Shown piece after piece: positions 39,412-50,900 of a stretch of DNA of 64,000 nucleotides (position 1 is its first letter; each line of letters opens with the position of its first letter). Origin of the DNA: Balanoglossus misakiensis (lineage: Eukaryota; Animalia; Hemichordata); contig CM082579.2 in assembly GCA_040954595.2 (NCBI GenBank), positions 11,335,625 through 11,399,624 on the forward strand, in the 5' to 3' direction. The notes below the pieces were generated by a model. That model was not told the DNA's origin. It saw only the letters and a program-made list of their open reading frames with translations, and ran no database searches. Position numbers and translations under genes: made by a program.

Positions 39412-41787
39412 GGATTTTTTTTCACTGTGGTGGCCCAATTTGCATAAAATGTACATATTCATTTGCATATTCCACATATTCATTGCGCAATGTATAATCA
39501 ACTGACATTCACAGCACTCTTGCACTTCTATGCATAAAATTCATCAGAATTGATCAGAATACATTTTGATCAAATGATTTTCATACATCATAGGCACAAT
39601 GCCACAACCGCTTCAGCCAAACTGCAGTCTTCTATTCTTGGTCTTTGCCCATGAGTCTGATGCTGCCCTGAAATCAAACTTCTCAAGGGGGGGGGGGGGT
39701 CCTTCAATACTGATTAACAGCAAACATCTAAGGGTCTTCTCTGATAGTCTATTTCTAAGATTAGTCTTGATCCTTGAAACTGCAGAAAACCCCCGCTCAC
39801 AGTCTGCAAGTACAAACAAATGTGAACTAATATTATCAAAATGGCATGTGTACACACAAATGTCTTCAGTGTGATTAAATGTCTTCATGTGTTTGCTCTG
39901 TCATTTGTATGTACTTACGAGCAGTAGACACTGGAAGTGTAACAGCTATAGCAGCAAGGCGATGAAGTCCTGGGGTCAAATCCTTATATTTGGCCACCAC
40001 AGTTCTGAGCATCTCTCTGTAACTGTGCTCTTGGTACACAGTTGTCTTGGCTGTTCTCAGTAGTGTGAACTCACTCTTCACAGTGTCTTCCTTCAGATTA
40101 TAGTGATGTATCAATCTCTGAAAGAAAAAAGCAACAATGATATTTTAATTGTATTTCTTAAACTTTACAATTAAACATGTTACTATGTAGTGTACAGTGA
40201 TAAGGTAGGATTTTGAATTCTCAAGTAAATATTACACATGATCCAATCAGGTCTATAAGAAGTTACTCACAGAGCAGTAAAGGTAAGTGTACTTACATCA
40301 AGCTTCATTTCACAGGTACCATCTTCCAGTAAGCTCGGGTCAAATACTGAGAAGGCATCAATCAGACTGACATCTGGAAAGCGGTCCTCTAAATTCTGAC
40401 ACACATTGTCGATGTACTTCTCATAGACCTGAAAGAAACAAATCAGAAATTCACTGTATGCAAAGTTACAAAATTGTAATGGAAGTAAGAAAAGTAGTGA
40501 TATTTAATTATAGAATAATTCATTTTTCAATTTTAAGGATCAAGCAATCTCCTTCATATCGTCCTTTGATTCTTACCTGTGACTTGAAGTCAATTTTCAG
40601 CTGCTCTGTTGCGGGTACATTGAATGCTGACAGCTCATCTCTAATGTAAACATCAAGGTGTTGCATGTGATGTCCAGGTGTTTCCCTCAGCTGTCTAAGG
40701 GCAGTAAGGTGCTGGTTATAACTGTGTCCAGTAGAGTCACGTCAACTTCCTTTTCTGTGGAGAAAAAAAGTCAGACATAAGACTGTATGAAAAAATACAT
40801 CACAAGAGTGAAATAGGAAAAGTCCAAACTTTCAAATTATCACTTTGACAGATTCTGAGAATTCCTTATATTTTGTTTGACAATACCTGGAATATCAATG
40901 ACAGCCTTGTCAAATGGGGTAAGATGTCTGACATCATATGCACACTGGCAACGAAGAAGTACTTCACAAATGTGGCAAGACCAACTACAGTTGCATTGTC
41001 CCTCTCCTCTGCTTCTCTCTCAAGGCTCGTTATCAGTGCTGGTAAGGACCTTCGAATGGCATCCACCACCCTATGATGAGAAAGCCAACAGCTTCCTTTA
41101 GTCTGATCTCAGGTTCTCCTAGCACTTTCTGAAGGACAAAATGGAAGAAATTGATCTCGTTATTAGATGTTAATCAGTAGAGGTATTAAGTACAAACATG
41201 CATTACTAACCCATGCAGATCTAGATTGCTGTCTGCCATTCTGTCTTACCCACTCTGATTTGATAAAAGTACCAAAGAAATAATTAAATAAATATACTAA
41301 CCTGTATTTCTTGGAGCCCAGCCATTATTACAGCAATGCTCTGGTAAAAAAAATACAGCTGCTGTAAAGTTGAACACTATCTCTTCAAATAAGGGATACC
41401 AGTGATGGCATGGCCAGCAGCTAGAGCCAATCTGTGAGCTACACAGTGGATGTTTACAAGTGTCCCATTCTTCTCTCTGAGTCTGGTAGCAGTCTGTAAC
41501 AGAAAATAAAGGAATTGACATGAAAATGTCAGCACTGCATTATACTTGCAAACACACTTGAAATCATAACCAAGGGTAAGCAGTTTCATATGGAGAACCA
41601 AAATTTTGAACACAAAATAATTTTGTTCTTGGCAATATACATTATTACACACAACAGCTGCACCGTCAGATCCTAAGGCTGAGCAATCTGTGAAGTTCAC
41701 TTGCAGTTTATCAAACAGTGCCTCTCTGGCCTTCACTATTGTTTCTGCTGAACCATTGAATAGATCATCTATTCCTACAATTCCTGT
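39412..41787 (-). pseudogene. Second intron-containing hAT transposase fragment (ZNF862-like), about 7 exons, disrupted
   Basis: GSDGAAV, IHCVAHRLALA, LTRLSLIFQ, NLEDRFPD..IDAFSVFDP, AVTLPVSTA, DCERGFSAVSRIKTNLRNRL; mostly GT-AG introns; stops and frameshifts; absent from left arm (replaces caca 857-860). Confidence 0.9.
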
Positions 41788-42277
41788 ATAATATGTGCAG
41801 AGTCTCTGCTAAAAGAGCCTTGCAGTTGTGGAGTGAGAAAAATGTGAACATTTTCATCAGTTTTTGAATAGGCCTAATCCAATATGGTCACCATATGGGT
41901 TCGGCCAATCATTACCCTCTGCATAAACTTTACAGACAATGGTTAGATGCTCATGTGCACCTAATCCCGATGCTCGATATTTGCTGTTTCTGGAGTAGAA
42001 GATATTTGGATTTTTTTATGATAATTTTCAGATATCAAAAATGGCGGCAAAGTCACATGACTGATAACCATTTTATTGGCTATATTTCTTGGAAATCCAA
42101 TATTGCCACCAGGTAGTATGAATACCAAATACTGTGATAAAACACACAAAACGAAGGGCTTGGCAGTCAGAGGCAGGAAAACGTCTTTAGTGGTGGTGAC
42201 CTGCAAGAAAAGGCCAATGTAAGTAGTCGACATTCTGACAACTGAAGTACAACTGTAATGAAACTGCAATTAAAACT

Positions 42278-44480
42278 TAAAGCTGCAAGCAGCATTGAAG
42301 GGACCCAAGCAAATAGAGATAATCATGACAAATCCATTGCATCAAATATCAATGCTGTAACTGCTGTGGATGCCGAGATATGGGGAAAGTAGGTCAAAGG
42401 TCACATAAATGAGGGCAAATTTTTTTGACTCCATATTGGTCCATGTGCAACAAAAACCAGACCTCTAGTCCTGTTGCATAACCTGCAATTAGGTATGCAC
42501 ATAATTAATGAGTAAAGCAGGTGTCACAGGTTACCCCTGAATTTGACATTTCATTATGGTCCCATCCCTCCAAACGCCAAGGCTGTATCTGTTCTGGATG
42601 CCGAGATATGGGAAAGTAGGTCAAAGGTCACCTGAGGTCACCTAAAATTTTGGGGGAAAATTTGACTCCATATCTGTTTATGTGCAACAAAAACCAGACT
42701 TTTAGCCTATTTGATTAGCCTGCAATTAGGTATGAACATAATTAATGAGTTAAGCAGGTCTCACAGGTGACCCCCAAATTTGGCTTTTTATTTTGGTCCC
42801 ATGCTGCTTACTGGCCCACAGACAGTCACTGTCCAGGACCATTGCACATGCCAGAATTCCACAATAAGATGTGTACATAGGCCAATTGGTTGTCAAAAGG
42901 CCATAAAAAATATGGAAAAAATATTATAAAAATTAACGTCTCAAAGTTGACATGGCCTGGGACCTTGACATTTGGCTTACAGGATCTTGGTCATATGGTC
43001 TACTAAGTTTGAGAAAAGAATTTAAATGTCGCCATTCATATGCAATTTAGGTACGTTGTAAAATTTCGATTGGATAAAGCTACCAGGTCACGTGACTAAT
43101 TAAAAATTCAAAGGTCAGGTGCACGAGTACTCATTTGCCCCCACCAATGTGCCAAGTTTCAGGAGTGCAGCCTGATACTTGTCCATGTCCAACAAAAAGC
43201 AAAACTCTGGCTCTATTGTGTTGCCTGGAATTAGTTATGCGCATAATTTATGCTAAGCCTGTATCTGCTCTGGATGCCTAGATAACGGAAAGTAGGTCAA
43301 AGGTCATCTGAGGTCATCCGAGGTCATAAACTTTGGCTCAAAAATTTGACCCAATACTGGGCCATGTCTAACAAAAAACAAACCTCTAGCTCTATTTGGT
43401 TCGCCTGAAATTAAATCAGGTCAGCGAAGGTCAAAGGGGTCATGAAAAGTTGCAAAATATTTTGATCACATACAAATTCACATGCATCAAATAGCAAACT
43501 TCTAGCCCTATAGGTTAGCCTGGAATTAGATATACAGAAAAACAATGTGTCAAAAGTAGGTCAAAGGTCATTGCCAAAATTACCAAAATATTTTGTGCTG
43601 GTCCTGGCAGCGTTGCTACCCGTGTGCACAAACAAGTAGTATATGCTATATATGCATAAAAGCAGCTTCTTAAAAAAGTAGGTCAAAGGTCATGTGAAAA
43701 TTGTCAAAAAATTTGCTACATATTCTAGTCACATGACCACTGATATCCATAAAAAGAATTTGTGTGCTATCAATTTTTAGACTAGAAGAATTTAATGTTT
43801 GATCGGTTTTTACAAAATCCAATATGGCGGCCATAATCTTCGACCAATCACAACGCTCTTGGCAAACTTGATAGACGTTAGTAAGGTAATCACAAACCCC
43901 AAAATCTCGTGACTCGGTAATTACTGGTTCTGAAGAAGAAGATTGTTGAAATTTTACTATGGTTTTTCGAAAATGCAATATGGCCGCCATAATCTTCGAC
44001 CAATCACAATGATCTATATCAAACTTGATAGACATCAGTTAGGTGACCACATACCCCAAACCCCATGTCTCGGTAATCACCAGTCCTGGAGAAGAAGATT
44101 TTTGAAATTTAAACCAGATTTCAGAAAAAAAAATGTAGCAAAAAAACTGCTACTTTGACAGCATAATATGCAATAGCAAATTATGATGGGCAGAAGGTAG
44201 ACTACCTGCACGCCAAATTTGAAGTCGATCTGACTTGTAGTTTATGAGATCTGAGATTTGCAATTTTTTCAGATAATCCAATATGGCCACCAGGTCACGT
44301 GACTTATTAAAAATTCCGGGGTCCAATGCACGACTACTCATTGACCTTGAACACTGTAGCAAGTTTGAGAAGTGTACCTGCAGCGGAACCAATAGGGCCC
44401 ATACGCTTGCGTGCGCTTGGGCCCTAAGGAGAAAAATCTCCAGGGATTACAGTAGGGACGCAAGGGCGCTCGGGTCCCTA
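42278..44480 (-). mobile_element. Helentron-associated non-autonomous element with doubled 5' end
   Basis: Minus strand starts ttagggacccgagc...gtccctactg, then a second ttagggcccaagc...gggccctattg; ends gcttgggtcccttcaatgctgcttgcagcttt; shares aggtcaaaggtca core repeats with 15232-16160; absent from left arm. Confidence 0.78.
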
Positions 44481-44831
44481 ACTACACAAAGTAAGTACAA
44501 ACGCTGGGAGGGAGGTTGACTGATGAGATGCGCTGAGCTGCGGCAACTGCTATGGGCGAACTCAGCCTTGTGGTCAATGCGCATGCTGTATCCCGTCTCC
44601 GTAATTACACCCTGCCCTTTGAGGGCACTGTGGCTCTTCTATTGCATAGTGTGTGTACTTTGACAATTAACGTTAGGGACTGGTCAGTCTGTTTGGCCTG
44701 GGGCAGTGGATTCATAGGAGAAGTCACCCTGTTTTGGAATTGGGTGATGGTGGTCACAGAGGGTCACAGTTGTTTTCCATGTTCAATGAGGAGGGGGGGG
44801 GGGGGGTCAGTCACTCTTTGACCGTTACAAT

Positions 44832-45373
44832 TGTAACAGTCGCTCCTCACTGGATCGGAGAACTGCTATGTTTTTCTCTCAAATTAACGAATAATTGGGT
44901 TCGCGTCGCACTATGAGAGAGAGTGGTACTATCCGTGGGCTTGACGACCCACAGTCCACAAGAACATCAACCTCGATACAACGAAATACTTTTAGAACTA
45001 AAACAGTTCAACTTTATTACAAAGATATCGTATAAGCGCACATCAAAAAGGGCTGCTTACCACACGGTCTGTATCTAACGAAGTCTTGGTCCACTCTGAC
45101 TGAAAACCCTCAAAACTAGGCTAACTACCACTTTTTGATTTGCATATTTCGCGCCGTTTCTGGTAGTGATTAAAATAATAATAGCTGACACGAAATGTGG
45201 GTCCTTGTCGTCTAGAACATGACGTAATGTCGCATGTCGAGACCTATTTCGAATATAATGTGTTCGACCTACAAATGCTGGGTATATCAAAGAGATGTAC
45301 GTCTACCACGTGGAGGTAGACGGCCCCGTCAATCAAAAGTTATATCACCATGGTGACCGACCGTTCCGTCACA
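44832..45373 (-). repeat. 3' LTR (542 bp)
   Basis: Matches 53791-54332 with one substitution seen (gtatct vs gtctct); AATAAA on minus strand near 45013-45018. Confidence 0.98.
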
Positions 45374-45385
45374 TAGCCCCCCACT
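45374..45385 (-). other. Polypurine tract
   Basis: Minus strand agtggggggcta directly before the 3' LTR. Confidence 0.9.
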
Positions 45386-45606
45386 AGGACTTTGAAGTTC
45401 CATCCAAAGTCAAAGTATTTCAAAATTTCAGAATATCAAAAATCTTAATGTAGCGTTACAGGAAAATACAAAACTACAATAACTTCACACACAAAATGCC
45501 AAAAGTCCGTTTCTAACGAATGTTCGCGTTTTCTTGCAATATCCAAAAACTAAGTCCAACATAAAATACGTTCGCACCACGATCGTTTCTGTTCTGTGTT
45601 CAAAGT

Positions 45607-46458
45607 TCAATAAACTATACCGTCAAAGTCTAATTTTCTTTTGGCAGTCTTCAAATTCACTTCTGCTGGTTTTCCTGGGGCGCCTTCAGTCGGGTCTGCT
45701 CTTGCTCTTGTTGGACATGGTCTCGTTCTCCCTTGGTCAGGCACGACCTCTCCGTTGATGAACTCATTTCCACGCATGTAGTAGACTCGCTGGGTGACCA
45801 CCTCGGTCGTCGGCTGGTCTCCGTTGAACCAACGAGTGGAGTAGGTTTCTACCACTCGATCGACGACCTCGGCCGACAGGGTCAGAAGAGACCCTGACGG
45901 GAACCGCACGAGCCCACCAATTCGGCCATGGACTGTCAACCGTGGGTCGTATCGGCGCTGACCCTCTAGTGGAATGAGTCTCCATTCCTTCCGCAGGTGC
46001 GATTCACCTGTGGCGTCCACTTTTTCGCCAGTGAACAGGGGGCAATCTGTCGAATACAGATCGGCCAACGGATCGACCCCCTCCATCCCGATTTCATCTT
46101 CTAAACAGCAAGGAGACGTTATACCCACGTCTGCAGTGCTGTTTCCGTCGCCAGCCCGTTGACGCTCCTCGGCATCGCCCACCTGCTTCATGGCATCCTC
46201 CGCCGGCTTCAATGTGTCCCTGTCTTCACGGAGCGTCGATACAGGGGACTTTTTATCACCCGCCGTTTTCTTTAGTTTCATGCCTCGCTGGCGTATTAAG
46301 TTGTCGGCCGTGCATACATGTTGATAGACTTCGTAGGTGTGCTGGAATTTCCGATGGCAACCAGTGCACACCCTCCGCTGTTCCTCGTCAATTTCGTAGT
46401 CTCGCAAGGTCGGCACCGGGTTCGTGGTGGTGCTTGAAGCTTTTCTTCGGCGAGGCAT
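45607..46458 (-). CDS. Accessory ORF3 of the Gypsy element (283 aa from first ATG), zinc-finger-like, non-Env
   Basis: Intact sense-strand ORF between pol and PPT; MPRRRK basic N-terminus, CTGCHRKFQHTYEVYQHVC, C-terminal AKRKLDF; no signal peptide or transmembrane stretch; the track start at 46542 is a TTG. Confidence 0.75.
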   Translation of the reverse strand: MPRRRKASSTTTNPVPTLRDYEIDEEQRRVCTGCHRKFQHTYEVYQHVCTADNLIRQRGMKLKKTAGDKKSPVSTLREDRDTLKPAEDAMKQVGDAEERQRAGDGNSTADVGITSPCCLEDEIGMEGVDPLADLYSTDCPLFTGEKVDATGESHLRKEWRLIPLEGQRRYDPRLTVHGRIGGLVRFPSGSLLTLSAEVVDRVVETYSTRWFNGDQPTTEVVTQRVYYMRGNEFINGEVVPDQGRTRPCPTRARADPTEGAPGKPAEVNLKTAKRKLDFDGIVY

Positions 46459-46901
46459 ACTGTAGAGATGTTGTCCTTCTGCTGGACGTGGACGCACTGC
46501 GGTAAAAACCACAGAGTACCCAGGGGTGATAAACGCGGCCAAAACTGCAACATTTTATCCTTTCGATCACCAAAATTCGGCTCTGACTCGTGCCAATTAG
46601 CTAGACACACGTGGCTGCTAGCTTAATTACCCTGGCACAAGTTCGTCGCGTGGCAACAGGAAAAGTTGACGTCAGTTGACCTTGTTTCGGGATGGGAGCC
46701 GGCCTGGAGAAAGTACTTGAAAACTTTGAACAGCAAACAGACAAATGAAACACCGAAAGAGTGTGATATGTATAAATAATTTCTTTTTCTTTTCTTTTCT
46801 TTTCTTTTTGGAAACTAATCAAATGGAAATTCATTCTGGTATATGCAAGCACAAGTGTGTCCCACGCAGTACTAGCACCAGTAGTAGCAGTCACTGTCGT
46901 C

Positions 46902-47969
46902 TCACAGGTATATGTATCCACCAAGTCGTTCTGGCGGTTGACGCTGTCGTCTTGGATACCGCTGACTCTGTGGGGATGACAGTGGGACGGACGTTTTTGG
47001 CACGTCTTCTTGATGTATATCGTCATATTTTGTAGCAGGCGAGAGGTCACCAACCTCAGGATCGCCTTCATCGTAAGTCGAGTAACTATCAGCTGGGCCT
47101 TGTTTTGTGCAATCACTGGTGGCCGCCTCCAGTTGGCCTTGGTCACCTTCACTTTTGTCTTTGACTGTCTCACGCCAGTCAGTCGCTTGGGTGCCCTCGT
47201 AGGGTTTCAACCTGTCATAGTGTACAACTTTCGGCTTGGAGTATTGGCTGCATTGTATGCGAAACGTAACTTCGCCCAATTTGTTGATTATGAGGTAGGG
47301 ACCGTCCCATTGTCGGAGTGTGATCTTTTTCGACTTTCCTCGCTTGAATGCCTGGACTTTCAACCAGACAAATTGGCCGGGTTGTAACTGGCCGCCATGC
47401 ACATTGACTTCATAATGACGTTTCTGGGAGATGGCACTTTTCTGAAGTTTGTCTCGTGCGCGCTCTTGGGCACATTGCAGTCTTTCCCGAAGTTCGAGTG
47501 CGTAGTCTGTATTTATATCCGCCTGCTCCGGCAACGGTTCGTGTGTCAAGTCGAGTGGCAGTTGTAACTCGCGACCCAACATGAGCATGTTCGGGGTCTC
47601 ACCTGTACTTTCTTGCGTTGAGCTTCTATACGCCATCATAGCGTAGGGGATGACGAGGTCCCAGTCTTCTTGGCTTGGATCAACTAAAACTGATACTGTC
47701 TGTACGAGTGTCTTGTTAAAACGCTCTATGTAGCCGTCGGACTTTGGGTTGTATGGGGTCGTTCTCGTCTTGTTTATACCTAGCAGCTTGCACGTCTCGG
47801 TCACCACGGCTGACTCAAAGTTGCGCCCTTGATCAGAATGAAGTTGTCGGGGGATGCCGAACCTGCAGATTAACTCGTCCACCAGTTTTTCTGCTACTGT
47901 TGTCGCCTCTTGGTTTGGAATGGGGTAGCATTCGATCCATTTAGTGAAATAGTCTCCCACTACTAGTAT
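46902..47969 (-). CDS. pol: Integrase core and C-terminus; in-frame continuation of pol after a premature TAG
   Basis: ILVVGDYFTKW, HSDQGRNFES, PKSDGYIERFN, GPY module; same frame as 47970..51353. Confidence 0.95.
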   Translation of the reverse strand: MLVVGDYFTKWIECYPIPNQEATTVAEKLVDELICRFGIPRQLHSDQGRNFESAVVTETCKLLGINKTRTTPYNPKSDGYIERFNKTLVQTVSVLVDPSQEDWDLVIPYAMMAYRSSTQESTGETPNMLMLGRELQLPLDLTHEPLPEQADINTDYALELRERLQCAQERARDKLQKSAISQKRHYEVNVHGGQLQPGQFVWLKVQAFKRGKSKKITLRQWDGPYLIINKLGEVTFRIQCSQYSKPKVVHYDRLKPYEGTQATDWRETVKDKSEGDQGQLEAATSDCTKQGPADSYSTYDEGDPEVGDLSPATKYDDIHQEDVPKTSVPLSSPQSQRYPRRQRQPPERLGGYIYL

Positions 47970-50900
47970 CTAACGACTTTTTCGTTCCGTAACAGGGAGA
48001 GGTCCCAGGATGTCGAACGCGACTCTTTCCATGGGGGCACCTACTATATATTGCTGAATCGGCGCACGCCTTTTGCGACCACCGGCTTTCCGGGATGCGC
48101 ATGTGTCGCACTGTCGGACCATGGATCTGAGGTCGGCAGATAGTCCATACCAATAGTATCGCTGGCGGACTTTCTCGCGGGTTTTGAAGACACCAAAATG
48201 GCCTGCAGTTTTCGAAGAGTGAAGTTCTTCAAAAACATCCGGTTTTAGTGAGGTGGGAAGTATGAGCAGTAGATGACTATCACTGATGCTTGTACCTTCC
48301 CAATTACGATACAAAACACCATTGCGTAGCCGCAGCTGATCCCACATATTCCAATATGCTTTAGTGGCTGGAGACCAAGATGATACTGTCTTCCAATCTG
48401 GTTTACCACCGTCTTGTTCGAGTGTTGTCAAGACGGGGCGGATGTTAGGATCGTTGAGTTGTTCTTGTCTAAGGAAGGCAGAGTCCCAGCTCGGTTTGAA
48501 AGTCACCGTTTTGATCAGATGCTCAGTTGTTCTTTGCCTGGTGACCATCGCATTACCTCGTGTCGACGCTTGTGTGGAATCTGCTGTTTCATCGGGTGAT
48601 TTTGGTAAAGTCATGTCGTCTGCATAAGTCTGGGTTCCTGCATCAATGGTTGTTTCCATCTGACGACTTGTCGATGTACTGTTGGGGGTTTCGGTAGATG
48701 CACAGCTATTCAAGTAGCCACTTGTACCAGTCTGTGAACCATGCTTCAGTCCACACTGCTGACAAGGGCGTCTGGATAGGCTGTCTGCATTCGTGTGCTT
48801 CTTTCCTGGACGGTGCTCAATTGTGAAGTCGTATTCACCGAGCACTTGCATCCACCGAGCGAGCTGTCCCTCCGGTTCCTTGAAGTTTAAAAGCCTCCTC
48901 AAAGAACTGTGGTCTGTCCTGAGGGTGAAGTGCTGACCATACAGGTACGGCTTAAAGTGTTTGACAAAGTGGACAACAGCCAGTAACTCTTTGCATGTTA
49001 CACAATAATTCCGTTCTGGCTTTGAGAGGCTTCTACTGGCATAGCATATCACTCGCTCCATACCATCTTGGATCTGTGATAAAACTGCACCTATACCATA
49101 AAAACTGGCGTCTGTATCAAGTATCATGGGTGCTCCGGGTAAAGGGTAGGCTAGTATAGGAGCGTTAGTCAAATTCTGTTTCAAGGTCTCAAAAGCCAAG
49201 TCACACTCGCTGTCCCACTCGAAATGTCTGCCCTTCTCTGTCAACTGAGTCAGTGGTTTGGACACTGTGGAGAAGTTGGGCACAAAACGGCGATAGTAGG
49301 ATGCTAAGCCGAGAAATCCATGCACTTCATGCACGTTGGTTGGGGGAGGCCAGTCACTGACGGCTTTTATCTTGTCTGGGCTGGTTTCGATGCCTTGTTC
49401 CGACACTGTATGTCCCAAGTATTCAACTTGGTGCTGAAAGAGGTGACATTTGCTGGGCTTGAGCTTCAGACCTGCACTGCGTAGGCGATGAAAGACCGTC
49501 TCTAATCGTTGTAGCATCTGGTCTACTGTACAGGAATATACAATTATGTCGTCCAAGTAGAGAAGCAGGATGTCCCACTGAAGTCCGGACAGCACACGTT
49601 CCATAAGTCGTTGAAATGTCGCTGGTGCATTGCACAGGCCAAAAGGCATGACCTTCCATTGGAAGAGCCCACCCCAGGTAGTGAAGGCTGACTTTTCTTT
49701 TGCTTGATCATCTAGTTCAACCTGCCAGTACCCGCTCGTCAAGTCTAACGTGCTGAACCATCTTGCACCAGAAAGAGCATTGATGCTGTCCTCTATCCGT
49801 GGAATGGCATAGGCATCTTTCCTGGTTATGTCATTCAGCCGGCGGTAGTCCACACAGAACCTGGTACTGTTGTCTTTCTTTTTCACAAGAACCACTGGTG
49901 CAGCCCAAGGACTGTCGGTTGGTTCGATCACCCCCTTTTCCAACATCTCGTCGACGAGCTTCGCCGTTTCATTACGGGCCCATGTCGACTGGCGTCTAGG
50001 TTGCTGTCGGATCGGTGGGTGATCCCCTGTGTAGATGCTGTGCTGGGTTACGTTGGTGCGACCAACATCATTTTTGTCGCAGGAAAATACGTCTTGCCAT
50101 CGGTTAAGAAAATCGGATAACTTCTTGACATGGTCTCTGCCAACAGAAGCAATACTCTCGTCTAGCAAGGGTTGCAGATGTGTAGGCACCGCACTGACGG
50201 GTTCATCTGTTGCTTGATATTCGGAAGGGCAGAGGTTGTTGACATGTCGTGGTGGTTCGCTTATGTCGACAGTGGTGGCTAAAGCAATCGCTGTTCCCCT
50301 CAGAATGGTTTGAGCATTCGGACCAACATTCATAATGCGGACTGGCACATGTTTGTGGCGGACATCAATTAGTACTCTGCCAACCATGACCCCTACAGTT
50401 GAAAGTTTACTTTGTGTGGTTGGTTCCACCAGTTCGAGCCGAGCTGGACCAAGTGGCCTGGACAATTTGCAAGTGACGAGCAGTTCATGGCCAGCCGGCA
50501 CTGCGGTGTCTCTTGTTGCAATTACCCGAGCGCACAAGTGGCCACCTCTTCTGTCGAGCAGTGGAACGCTTCCCTCGTGGAACCCTAATGTCAATGAGTG
50601 GGTACGGATTTCGGCCGGGGCTGTCAGGATGTAATCATTGCCTAGCAATACATCCTCCTTAATGTCGGCAACAATCGCTCTTATAGTAGTACTATTTGGG
50701 CCGACTCTGATGACGAAGTCGGCTTCTCCTCTTGCTGTGAGTGGTGTGACCCCGTCCGCCTGTACAGCATCTATCGTGATGGGAAGTAGCTGAGGGCGAC
50801 TGCGTGGAGCCATAGCTTTGTAGATCCGATCGGAGATTACGGTTATTTCCGAACCACAGTCGATGAAAGAGACCACTGGCTTCTCATGAATCACTGCTGA

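Larger units (their letters stand above)
25796..44640 (-). repeat. Right arm of giant inverted repeat
   Basis: See left arm; match to the left arm stops at ~44640. Confidence 0.93.

Noticed and set aside
39613-41787. Functional host ZNF862 gene
   Set aside because: 5' part missing, several stops and frameshifts; treated as a transposase remnant so no gene symbol given
130-44640. Giant inverted repeat as a chimeric fold-back read artefact
   Set aside because: The arms are clearly diverged and carry different TSD-flanked insertions; an artefact would give near-identical arms
45607-46542. ORF3 as an envelope gene
   Set aside because: No signal peptide, no hydrophobic transmembrane anchor and no fusion-peptide-like segment; the protein is charged and basic at both ends
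46601-47173. 190-aa ORF overlapping the integrase C-terminus
   Set aside because: Alternative frame with a non-ATG start that runs through a low-complexity purine tract; no recognisable motif
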